Shown here piece by piece: positions 36,869 through 45,927 of a stretch of DNA of 64,000 bases. The stretch is taken from NCBI GenBank assembly GCA_040217195.1, contig JAVJNR010000004.1, forward strand, positions 544,001 to 608,000, given 5' to 3'. Positions within the stretch are counted from its first letter, which is position 1; every line of letters starts with the position of its first letter. The notes under the pieces were generated by a model. The model searched no databases. It had not been told where the DNA came from and saw only the letters and a program-made list of their open reading frames with translations. A program made the position numbers and the translations under genes. The stretch is from Leptospiraceae bacterium (GTDB lineage: Bacteria > Spirochaetota > Leptospiria > Leptospirales > Leptonemataceae).

Positions 36869-39088
36869 ATGAGCACCGAGGCGCCTGTAGAGGAATCTAA
36901 AAGACAGGGTTTTTCCGTTGATGGAATGACCTGTACAGCCTGTGCCAGTCGCATCCAGAAAGTGCTTTCCAGAACCGACGGAGTCCAGAGCGTCCGAGTA
37001 AATTTTGCCACCGAAACAGCCGGGATCAGCTACAATCCGAGTACAATTACTCAATCCGAGCTGGAGCAGCGGGTTCGCAAACTGGGATACGAAATCAAGC
37101 CAGCAGTCAATGAACTACTGGAGCGCAAAAAAGCAAACCTGGAAAAGGAACGTCGTAATAGGCTGAAGGATCGAATTCTATTCGCATTTAGTGCAGTACT
37201 TACATTACCCCTTGTTTTACCAATGATCTATGAGCCTTTGATGCTTTCGCCTTTCTGGCAATGGATTCTTGCAACCCCCGTACAGATTTTCGCGGGTTTC
37301 CGATTTTATAAAGGAGCCTATCATTCCTTAAAGTCCGGCGCCGGCAATATGGATGTTCTGGTAGCCCTGGGAACTACAGTGGCCTACGCTTTCAGTGTAG
37401 CCCAATTCTTTCTTACCGAGCCCGGACACGTGTATTTTGAGTCCTCGGCCGTGATTTTGACCCTGGTGCTTCTAGGAAAGATGATGGAAAGAAGTGCCAG
37501 GTCTCAGGCCACCAGGGCCATGGAAGAGTTATTGAGCCTGCAGCCGGAGCAAGCGCGAATCCTTTTGAGCGCTGAGTCAGACGAGTCGCAAACAGAAACT
37601 CTGGATGTAAGACTTGTAAATGCTGGAGATCGAATTGTAGTGTATCCCGGGGAAAGAATTCCTCTGGATGGAACCGTGGATTCCGGAGTAAGCGAAACGG
37701 ATGATTCCCTGGTCACTGGAGAATTTGCCCCTGTAACCAAATCTGCCGGCCACTCTGTGTTTTCTGGAAGTTTAAATTTGAACGGAAGACTGATTGTATT
37801 GGTCTCTCGCGAAGTAAATCGATCCAGTGTAGCCAGAATCATGCAGCTGGTAGAGGATGCACAGAATTCTCGCGCACCGGTTCAAAGCCTGGTTGATCGA
37901 GTTTCAGCTATATTCGTGCCAGGAGTTGTGGCCGTATCCATAATTGCATTTCTTGTTAGCTACTTTCTGGGACTGGGCATCAATGAATCCATAGTGCGAG
38001 GTGTTGCAGTTCTTGTAATTGCATGTCCTTGTGCCCTTGGATTGGCCAGCCCCATAGCCATAGTTATTGCCACCGGCATGAGTGCCCGGAATGGCATCCT
38101 GTTCAGAAATGCCATGGCCCTGGAAATATCCGGTCGCATTCGCACTGTATTTTTTGATAAGACCGGAACCCTGACCAGCGGTAAACCCCATGTGGTTTCC
38201 GTTCATGCCTCCGGCGATAGAGACGAGCTTCTGGATACGGCGTATTCTGTGGAATTGGGCTCCGAACATCCACTGTCTGCGGCAATTTTAGAATACTGCG
38301 AAAGCCAGGGAAATCAGCCCCGGCAGACAATCGTGGATTACTCCACAGTTGCAGGAGCGGGAATACAGGCCAGCGCCGAAGATGGCAGCGTGCTGATCGC
38401 GGGCACATCAGACTACTTAAATGATCTGGGCATTTCCACGGTAGATAGCACCGGGGCTGGATCTGTGGTGCATGTGGCCAGAAATGGAAACTACCTGGGT
38501 TATCTATTGCTTCAGGATACGGTAAGGCCAGACGCAGAAAACGCGATTGAAGCGCTTAGATCTCTGGGTATTCAACCTTTGATACTTACCGGGGATCGAC
38601 CGGAGGCAGCCCGGCCCATAGCTGAGAAACTGGGCATAGACTTTCGAGCGGGTCTGAAGCCAGAAGATAAACTGTCCGTAATTGGCGAATGGAAGCAAAG
38701 TCCCACTGGCATGGTGGGAGATGGCATCAATGATGCTCCTGCATTGCAGAGGGCGGATGCAGGCTTTGCCATGGGTTCAGGTACCGATGTCGCTGCTGAA
38801 TCGGCAGACGTAACACTGATGGGGGACAATCCCATGGAGGTGGTGGATGCCATCCGACTTTCAAGAGCTACGATCCGTAAGATCTATCAGAACCTATTCT
38901 TTGCCTTCATTTACAATATTACCGGAATTCCGCTGGCCGCCCTGGGATATCTGAGCCCCATGGTTGCCGGCGCCGCCATGGCATTGAGCAGCGTAAGCGT
39001 AGTTGTCTCTTCCCTGACTCTCTACCGGTTTCGATTTCTGATACACACATCTGCAAAGCCATCCGCAAAAAATAGCACTGAACCCTAA
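36869..39088 (+). CDS. copA: Copper-translocating P1B-type ATPase
   Basis: GMTCTAC HMA domain, TGE, CPCALG, DKTGTLT, SEHPL, GDGINDAP, YN and MALSS motifs. Confidence 0.96.
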   Translation: MSTEAPVEESKRQGFSVDGMTCTACASRIQKVLSRTDGVQSVRVNFATETAGISYNPSTITQSELEQRVRKLGYEIKPAVNELLERKKANLEKERRNRLKDRILFAFSAVLTLPLVLPMIYEPLMLSPFWQWILATPVQIFAGFRFYKGAYHSLKSGAGNMDVLVALGTTVAYAFSVAQFFLTEPGHVYFESSAVILTLVLLGKMMERSARSQATRAMEELLSLQPEQARILLSAESDESQTETLDVRLVNAGDRIVVYPGERIPLDGTVDSGVSETDDSLVTGEFAPVTKSAGHSVFSGSLNLNGRLIVLVSREVNRSSVARIMQLVEDAQNSRAPVQSLVDRVSAIFVPGVVAVSIIAFLVSYFLGLGINESIVRGVAVLVIACPCALGLASPIAIVIATGMSARNGILFRNAMALEISGRIRTVFFDKTGTLTSGKPHVVSVHASGDRDELLDTAYSVELGSEHPLSAAILEYCESQGNQPRQTIVDYSTVAGAGIQASAEDGSVLIAGTSDYLNDLGISTVDSTGAGSVVHVARNGNYLGYLLLQDTVRPDAENAIEALRSLGIQPLILTGDRPEAARPIAEKLGIDFRAGLKPEDKLSVIGEWKQSPTGMVGDGINDAPALQRADAGFAMGSGTDVAAESADVTLMGDNPMEVVDAIRLSRATIRKIYQNLFFAFIYNITGIPLAALGYLSPMVAGAAMALSSVSVVVSSLTLYRFRFLIHTSAKPSAKNSTEP

Positions 39089-39282
39089 CCAACGTTACCT
39101 ACAGTTAGCCGACTTATCCCGGCGAAAAATGATTGAATTGAATCCCTGAGGCCTCACTCTTACGGATAGGCCTCCAGCTCAGGATCAAAGATCTGTCTGG
39201 TCAAAGAAACTATGCTGAAAGGAGTCCTGCTCCCTGAGAATTCTCAGGACTCGCTTCTTATAGATAGAAGGACTGTCCAAGG

Positions 39283-39696
39283 ATGACCCAAAAAGCAATG
39301 AGCCGTACAACACGACTGATCACTCAAGCAGCATTCAGAAGATTGACTGCCATCCATCCAGTATACCTGCTGAGTCTGTTTATTGCATGCTCCGGCTCCT
39401 ACTACGGCATTGACGGCCCCAGTGTGATTTCCAGAGATGAAGCGCTTCAACGAATCAATGATGCAAGACTGGTCAAGGTGGCACAATGCGGCTTGAACGA
39501 AACGAACGGCGCTTATCTCTACATTCAATTCACGGAGAATCCCAGAAAGATACTGGATGGAGCCTACTACTCTACAAAGGACGTAGATTCCTGTACAAAT
39601 ATGATTCTATGGGGCTCATGCGAAGCGGCTGCCCAGCCCTGCGGACTGGCACCGGCCGAATTCTTTGACGGCTCCCTATTCCAGGGCGGATTCTAA
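39283..39696 (+). CDS. Cys-rich small lipoprotein
   Basis: Lipobox-like LFIAC; several further Cys (KDVDSC...C...C); start uncertain. Confidence 0.6.
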   Translation: MTQKAMSRTTRLITQAAFRRLTAIHPVYLLSLFIACSGSYYGIDGPSVISRDEALQRINDARLVKVAQCGLNETNGAYLYIQFTENPRKILDGAYYSTKDVDSCTNMILWGSCEAAAQPCGLAPAEFFDGSLFQGGF

Positions 39697-42530
39697 AAAC
39701 GGTACTTGAATGTTAACCAGTAGGTGGCCTCTTCCAGGGAGGCGGCGCCGTCGGAAAGATCTCGGCCGCCTGCATTTGCATTCATAGGAAATGGATTTGT
39801 ATAATCCAGAAGGTTCTTTCCTATGACTGCGATCTCCATGCTTTCGCTCAGATCATAGGCCAGGCCAGCGTTCAACAACTGACTTCCTTCCACCCTATTT
39901 CCGTTAGGACTGTACCAGTTAGGAAAAAATAGATAGTTCAGCGAAAGAGTCAATGGCTGAATGGGAGAATAGAATAAATGTAATCTGGTTACGTTTTCAG
40001 GATAGGCGCGATGATGTTTGTTCTCCGAATCAGTTGTCAGATACATTCCTCCAATATTCTGACTGGATGCTGAAACAACCCGGACAACGGAATGATTTAG
40101 CCCAAATTCCAGATTCCGAGAACGGTAATTGATTCCGAACTCAGCACCAACCTGTCTTAGTTCACCGTTATTATTTTTGTAAAACCAGAAACCGTTCCAA
40201 TCACCTGGCTCATCGTTTCCCACCTGAGGCATGGTAAATACGGCCGGATCCTGGAAAATCACTCCAACATCGATAATGTCTTTCAGGCGATTATAGAAGG
40301 TTACAATTTCAAAATTCCAGTTCTTGTTCAGTCCATAATTGGCGGCGAGCTCAAAACTTTTCATCTTTTCCGGTCTGGTCCTGGGTATGTTGCGATAGTT
40401 CTCGTTGCTATTCGGGTTTGGAATACCCGCCGCTTCAATGTCATCAAAGTTGTCTGTCCTGAGATGCCCATCTTTCTGAAATCCACCTGAATAAGCGACG
40501 CCAGGCGATCCGCGAAATCCCTCCTGGAAGGAAAGTCTGAATCTTAAATCTTCCCAGCTATATAGTAATCCCAGTCTAGGCGAAACGTTGGTTCCCCAGT
40601 AGCGCTGCTTGTCATACCGAAATGCCGCAAATATATCCAGGGAGTCTGTAATGCTGTAATAGTCTTCAAGAAAGAAGGATCCCACGTCAATCGTGTTGGA
40701 ATACACATACTGGTGACTGCGATTAACGTCTCCCAGTAAAGTACTGTTCGCCTGATTTACTATAAAGTTGTTACCATTTTTGTCCGGCAAGCCCATGTCG
40801 TACCGCCGATACTCGGCACCCAGAGCCATTCTGTTATTTCTTGAGGTCTGCAGTTTAAGAAGTGCTGACCCGCCGTACCTTTCCTCCCTGGTTCCTCCCA
40901 TAATGAATCCGCTATGCGAATGAAGTATAATATCGTCCTGAGTAAAGAAGGCCCCCAGCTCTAAAGAGGCTGAACTGCCCAATTCAAACGTATAGCCTCC
41001 GTTGGCATGCCGGATGATATTCTGGACCTCATTTCTATCCCGATAGAAGTTATAGATGTCTCTTTGCTGATCAGTGTAGAATAAATCCAGTTCAAAGTTC
41101 TGATAGGCCAGAGTGGTCATGGCTGTGGTATTATCCGTACGTTTGAGTCTGTTCCCGGATGTGTACACCGTTCTACGCTGCACCAGCGATAGTCCATTTT
41201 GCTGAAAGACAGGTCCCGATGCGTCGGTTACTACCTGCTCAAACCGGCTATCTATGCCAGAGGTGGGAACTATCTGGAAATCGTATACATTTTGTAATCG
41301 TAGATCGTCCACTCCTTCGTAGCCTTTGTCCCGAGCATAGGCCTCGTTTCGCATACCCTGACCGGGATAGTATGTTTTCCCCATATACGCATAGGCCCGG
41401 AGTTCTGGCAGATCCTTTCCCTCAATGCCTGATTGAAAGGAAACATGGCTGTATCCATCTTTTCCGGTGGACGCAGTGAGTGCGCTCCGAGGATGACTCT
41501 TTCCATTTCGAGTAACTATGTTAATTACACCTAGCAAGGCGCCCTGTCCCAGGGTTACCGATCCGGGGCCACGGATCACTTCTATTCGCTGAATAAACTC
41601 CAGATCGATTCCCTGCAGCAAGGAATCCGGCGGCCCCCAGAACCACTCTGTGTTTATATTCTGACCATTGAGAAGCATCAGAACCTTGGCATTGTTGTCC
41701 GGGGCCAGTCCGCGAAATGCAGCAATTACATCGTCCTGATCTTCAACCAGGAAGAATCCAGGAACGTATATCATAAGTAGTTCATTTACTGTGCGCGCAC
41801 CACTGAGCTTGATCTTTTTCCGGTCGATTACCGATACAGACACAGGTTGCTTTTCCAGAGTTCGCGCAAGATTTGACGCTACAGTGATCTCCTGTTCAGT
41901 AAGTACCTGAAATACATCGTCGGACTCCTCTCGACCGGAATTTCGAATGTGGAAGGTAATATCAGAACCAATGGGATGACCGAGAATGTTCTCATCAATA
42001 TTGAATCTCCGTTCTTTTTTCTGGGGATTTGACCGAATTCTAATTGCAATCTTTCGCGATAGCTCTTCCATCCGCTCTTCTACAGATTCCGAAAGCTCGG
42101 ACTCATCCAATTTCAGTCCTTCCAGACCCTCCAAATCATCCAGTCGTTCCAGGTTATCCGTTACATTTACCGCATCAATTACATAGCCAGTATCTGGATC
42201 GTAGATTTGTCCAAATAGTTCCAGATTGATCTTACCGGTTCGATAGTATCCAGATACCAGAAAGGCTGCATTTGACTGGCAAGCTTCAGCCATAGCTCCC
42301 TCCAGAGTTCTGGTACGTGCAAAGATGACTGTATATCCATCCTTTTCGAGACCAAGACGTATCTTTGTCCTCAGGTCTGTTTGCAATTGAAGATTCTTTC
42401 CGTTGCCATAGGGGGAAAAGGGTCCTATAAGCACCGTCTTATCCGGGGACACTTCGGCACTCAGGCCTTGCAGGCAGCAAACCAGACCAATAATTACAGA
42501 GTAGCGATGCCAATTCATTACGTTTCCCAT
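39693..42530 (-). CDS. TonB-dependent receptor with an N-terminal extension domain
   Basis: Signal peptide; plug motifs (PVSVSVI, IQRIEVIRGPGSVTLG..A..GVINI); beta-barrel; terminal F (FKYRF). Confidence 0.92.
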   Translation of the reverse strand: MGNVMNWHRYSVIIGLVCCLQGLSAEVSPDKTVLIGPFSPYGNGKNLQLQTDLRTKIRLGLEKDGYTVIFARTRTLEGAMAEACQSNAAFLVSGYYRTGKINLELFGQIYDPDTGYVIDAVNVTDNLERLDDLEGLEGLKLDESELSESVEERMEELSRKIAIRIRSNPQKKERRFNIDENILGHPIGSDITFHIRNSGREESDDVFQVLTEQEITVASNLARTLEKQPVSVSVIDRKKIKLSGARTVNELLMIYVPGFFLVEDQDDVIAAFRGLAPDNNAKVLMLLNGQNINTEWFWGPPDSLLQGIDLEFIQRIEVIRGPGSVTLGQGALLGVINIVTRNGKSHPRSALTASTGKDGYSHVSFQSGIEGKDLPELRAYAYMGKTYYPGQGMRNEAYARDKGYEGVDDLRLQNVYDFQIVPTSGIDSRFEQVVTDASGPVFQQNGLSLVQRRTVYTSGNRLKRTDNTTAMTTLAYQNFELDLFYTDQQRDIYNFYRDRNEVQNIIRHANGGYTFELGSSASLELGAFFTQDDIILHSHSGFIMGGTREERYGGSALLKLQTSRNNRMALGAEYRRYDMGLPDKNGNNFIVNQANSTLLGDVNRSHQYVYSNTIDVGSFFLEDYYSITDSLDIFAAFRYDKQRYWGTNVSPRLGLLYSWEDLRFRLSFQEGFRGSPGVAYSGGFQKDGHLRTDNFDDIEAAGIPNPNSNENYRNIPRTRPEKMKSFELAANYGLNKNWNFEIVTFYNRLKDIIDVGVIFQDPAVFTMPQVGNDEPGDWNGFWFYKNNNGELRQVGAEFGINYRSRNLEFGLNHSVVRVVSASSQNIGGMYLTTDSENKHHRAYPENVTRLHLFYSPIQPLTLSLNYLFFPNWYSPNGNRVEGSQLLNAGLAYDLSESMEIAVIGKNLLDYTNPFPMNANAGGRDLSDGAASLEEATYWLTFKYRF

Positions 42531-42743
42531 TGAACGTTAGTGATCTCTTCTAAACAACGGCTGGTATCAAAGCAAAACTGGAAAGTATAAGCAAGTATTT
42601 CCCGTATGGGGAAACAGGCTAACGAACATCAGTTACAATACACCTGAACCAAACATTCCCCTGCGAATGTTTAGACAGAACCAGAGCAGAGAGGCTCTGC
42701 CGGTAGTTTTACATATTAATTTTCGTTTTCCTGGGCCGAAAAA

Positions 42744-45700
42744 TCAGAATCTGTAACCGAAGGTCAGCCAGATATTTCGGTTTTCAAGTGGATGCCTGGT
42801 GGGATAATATCCGCCAGTGGCAGTCCTGATACCGGGATCCCAGAATTGTTCATTGGTCAGGTTGCGAACCATCAGCTGAACATACATGGATTCCACTCCA
42901 AATGGTTCATCCCAGCGAATGTTTCCAACCCAGAAATAGTAAGCGGGAATTGTGGATTCAGGATTGGTAGATATTGTCCGGCGCTCTGAGACATAGTTCA
43001 TTCTCAAGTTGAGGGATAGAGTTTTGATTGGATAGTAAGTAAGCCCCAGGTTTAACTTATGCCTGGCGATGTTTGGAATAGGACCTCTGGATGGAATGCC
43101 ATCTAAATCCAGTAATTGAGATGGAAGAGCGCTACGAATTTCGCGTAGAAATTCTGCATTATTCAGTAGTTCAGGATTAAATGCAGATACAGCATTCAAT
43201 ACGGATTGCTCCAGCTGTGCCAGAACCGCTGCCTCCTGGGTCCGGATGCTAGCAAGGACTGAGGAAGCGGCATCCTGAATTGGATCGTCTCCGGCTCTAC
43301 CTCTGGTGGTTGGAGAAACAGCCAGGGTATAGGGTAAATTCAGATAGTAGCCCTCTGAAAAGGTATGATTGAAGTTCAAGGAAAGGTTATCGAGTATCAG
43401 GAAGTCCGATCGAGACTCTACTCCGAATACCCGGGCATCACCAACGTTCTGGTTTTGATTCCAGTTCCCGCCGGCAGGGTTGTTCTGCGAAGTCTGAACC
43501 TCTAAAATGAGATTTTCAATCTCATTGCGATAGGCCTGTATTGAAAAATAGTATCTCTTTTTGAAGCGATAGCCAATGCCCACTTCAACGGAACGCATTC
43601 TTTCAGGCTCCAGAGATTCGTTTCTCAGACGCTGGGCGGTTTCATTGTAGAGCTCCCAGGCCGTGGGAGCCCTGAAGCCCGTTCCCAGAAGCAATTTAAA
43701 AGTAAGATCATCTGTAGCATTGAACACAGCTCCCAGGCGAGGCGTGTGCGATCGACCATAGTCAGTGCTGTAGTCGTACCGGTATCCACCGGTGAGCTGC
43801 ACACTGGAAACAGGTCTGTACATTTGCTGACCGTACAATGCATAGTTGGACGTGCGAATTCTCTTCTCAGAACCGTATGCTTCCGGCACTACTGTATGGT
43901 TTCCTTCCCATCCGACGACGGATGTAGCTTTGGCCCCGGGATTATACGTAATCCTCTGTTTGAAGTCGTAAGCTCGATCCGGCCGGTCATAGTTGTAGAT
44001 AACACTGGTATCTGCCGGATCTGCAAAGAAATACGGCCTAACACCTGCAGTATTCGGGTACTGTTCGCCTGAACTGGATAGTATTTCTGTGTGGCGAATA
44101 CCTGCTTCTGTATCAAGACTCAGAAAGGGACTGAACTCATGCAGATAGCCAAATGTAAAGCTATGGTTTTCGAAGTTCCAGGATGACCCCCTATACCCCA
44201 GCTTATGAGTGTCGATTTGTTGAGTTCCATTGGCGAATGTACCATCGCCCTGAAGGTACTGCCAGTTCACGGTCTGAAATCTAAAGTTTCCCATTTGAAA
44301 CTTACCGGTGATATTGTAAGTATCATTATCTGCCACATCGAAATACGGGGACCACCAGTAGCCTATAGAGCTGGAACCAGGATTACACTGCCCGCCGCAG
44401 ATCGCCGACTCCACTGCATAATTCGGATCGTTTTTGCCCATATCTGAGCGATCCAGTCGACCAACATGACTGAAGTCCGGACCTGCCGTCCTATACATGT
44501 AGCCACTCACGGAATAGGAAAATGGTTTTTCAGTCCCAGGGGTTGACCCTCGAAGCGAAATATTGGCTCCATATCCCGGTCGCTCCAGGTTGTTATAGCC
44601 GCCAGCAGTGACCTCCGCCTGATTATTGGGGTTTCCCGCATGATCCTGAGTAATAATATTTATTACTCCATTAAAAGCATTCGCACCGTAGAGAGCAGAA
44701 GCGGGGCCGGCAATCACTTCAATTCGCTTCACATTATGCAGAGGAAAGCGAATGCTTCCGGCCAGAATGGCCGCCTCTGTAAGGTTATTATCCAGAACCC
44801 CATCTACGTACAATAAGGTTTTCTGGTTGTTACCTACCAGTCCTCTTTGATGAATCAATTCAGGAAAAATTCCATAGGTATGGATAATGTCGAAACCCGG
44901 AAGGTCCTGCAATGCATCCACAAGGGTTCTATAACCTCTCTCTCGAATCTGCTGCTCCGTTATTACGTAGACTGCGGCCGGAGCATCTCGTAGTGTACTT
45001 CGTGTTCTGGTAGCAGTTATCACCTCCTGCTCTTCCAGAAGCTGAAACACTTCCTGAGTGGCCAGGTCCGGATCCTTTTCGGCCAGAGGAAGAGAGTATT
45101 GTCTGGCCAGATCATTCGTACGAATATATCTATCCAGGTTCTCTCGTTTTACTCTTCGACTTGCATTTACACGAACCTGTATGGCCACCCTGCGAGCCAC
45201 AGTATCAATTACTTCTGCATCCGGAACTTTGATTTCATCTGCAGGCAAATCTATATCGGCGTACTCATCCACACGCTCCGCCACATCCACTCGATTGAAA
45301 GCATCGATCACCTCACCGGATTCTGGATGATATATTTGAACGTAAACGTTCAGAACTCCATTTACACTTCTGGAATAATATCCAGACACAAACAGGTGAC
45401 TTCCTTCCAGGCTTTCCGCAGATATTGTGGAGGGTCTCATATCACCCAGCATCTTTACGGATAACCCGGCGCCCTCCATTTCCTGGCGAAGGGCAGAACG
45501 TATTGAGGACTCTATCTGAGGTTCATTGGTTGCCCTGGACTGAAAGCCCCCTATGATTATTGTTTCTGCCGAAAGTGATTCGGAAACAGGGACAATGGAA
45601 AATAGTATAGAGAATAGAAAAATCGGGCGAAAGGCCACGGAACGTGCAACACCCAGATGCTCGGCCGACTTCCGAATGGCCTGGTAGGCAATCTGTAAAC

Positions 45701-45764
45701 TGCTAATAGCATCGGCCTGCTCTGCACCGAACGTGGATGCCCCGATTTTTCTCATTGCATCCAT
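42744..45764 (-). CDS. TonB-dependent receptor with an N-terminal extension domain (start uncertain)
   Basis: PAAVYVIT, VKRIEVIAGPASALYGANAFNGVINII, GFRAPT, terminal FGYRF. Confidence 0.92.
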   Translation of the reverse strand: MDAMRKIGASTFGAEQADAISSLQIAYQAIRKSAEHLGVARSVAFRPIFLFSILFSIVPVSESLSAETIIIGGFQSRATNEPQIESSIRSALRQEMEGAGLSVKMLGDMRPSTISAESLEGSHLFVSGYYSRSVNGVLNVYVQIYHPESGEVIDAFNRVDVAERVDEYADIDLPADEIKVPDAEVIDTVARRVAIQVRVNASRRVKRENLDRYIRTNDLARQYSLPLAEKDPDLATQEVFQLLEEQEVITATRTRSTLRDAPAAVYVITEQQIRERGYRTLVDALQDLPGFDIIHTYGIFPELIHQRGLVGNNQKTLLYVDGVLDNNLTEAAILAGSIRFPLHNVKRIEVIAGPASALYGANAFNGVINIITQDHAGNPNNQAEVTAGGYNNLERPGYGANISLRGSTPGTEKPFSYSVSGYMYRTAGPDFSHVGRLDRSDMGKNDPNYAVESAICGGQCNPGSSSIGYWWSPYFDVADNDTYNITGKFQMGNFRFQTVNWQYLQGDGTFANGTQQIDTHKLGYRGSSWNFENHSFTFGYLHEFSPFLSLDTEAGIRHTEILSSSGEQYPNTAGVRPYFFADPADTSVIYNYDRPDRAYDFKQRITYNPGAKATSVVGWEGNHTVVPEAYGSEKRIRTSNYALYGQQMYRPVSSVQLTGGYRYDYSTDYGRSHTPRLGAVFNATDDLTFKLLLGTGFRAPTAWELYNETAQRLRNESLEPERMRSVEVGIGYRFKKRYYFSIQAYRNEIENLILEVQTSQNNPAGGNWNQNQNVGDARVFGVESRSDFLILDNLSLNFNHTFSEGYYLNLPYTLAVSPTTRGRAGDDPIQDAASSVLASIRTQEAAVLAQLEQSVLNAVSAFNPELLNNAEFLREIRSALPSQLLDLDGIPSRGPIPNIARHKLNLGLTYYPIKTLSLNLRMNYVSERRTISTNPESTIPAYYFWVGNIRWDEPFGVESMYVQLMVRNLTNEQFWDPGIRTATGGYYPTRHPLENRNIWLTFGYRF

Positions 45765-45927
45765 GGCCTTCGGTTTTTAGCGCCTGCTCCGCCACCGGGC
45801 AAGTATTAATTGAGACTGAATTCAATTACGCCGCTGTTTTGTGGCCGCGCCCTATACCATACTACATGGAGTAGCATGAAAGTTCAACGGCTGCGAAACC
45901 GGGAGCATGGAGAATTTAGAATGCCAT

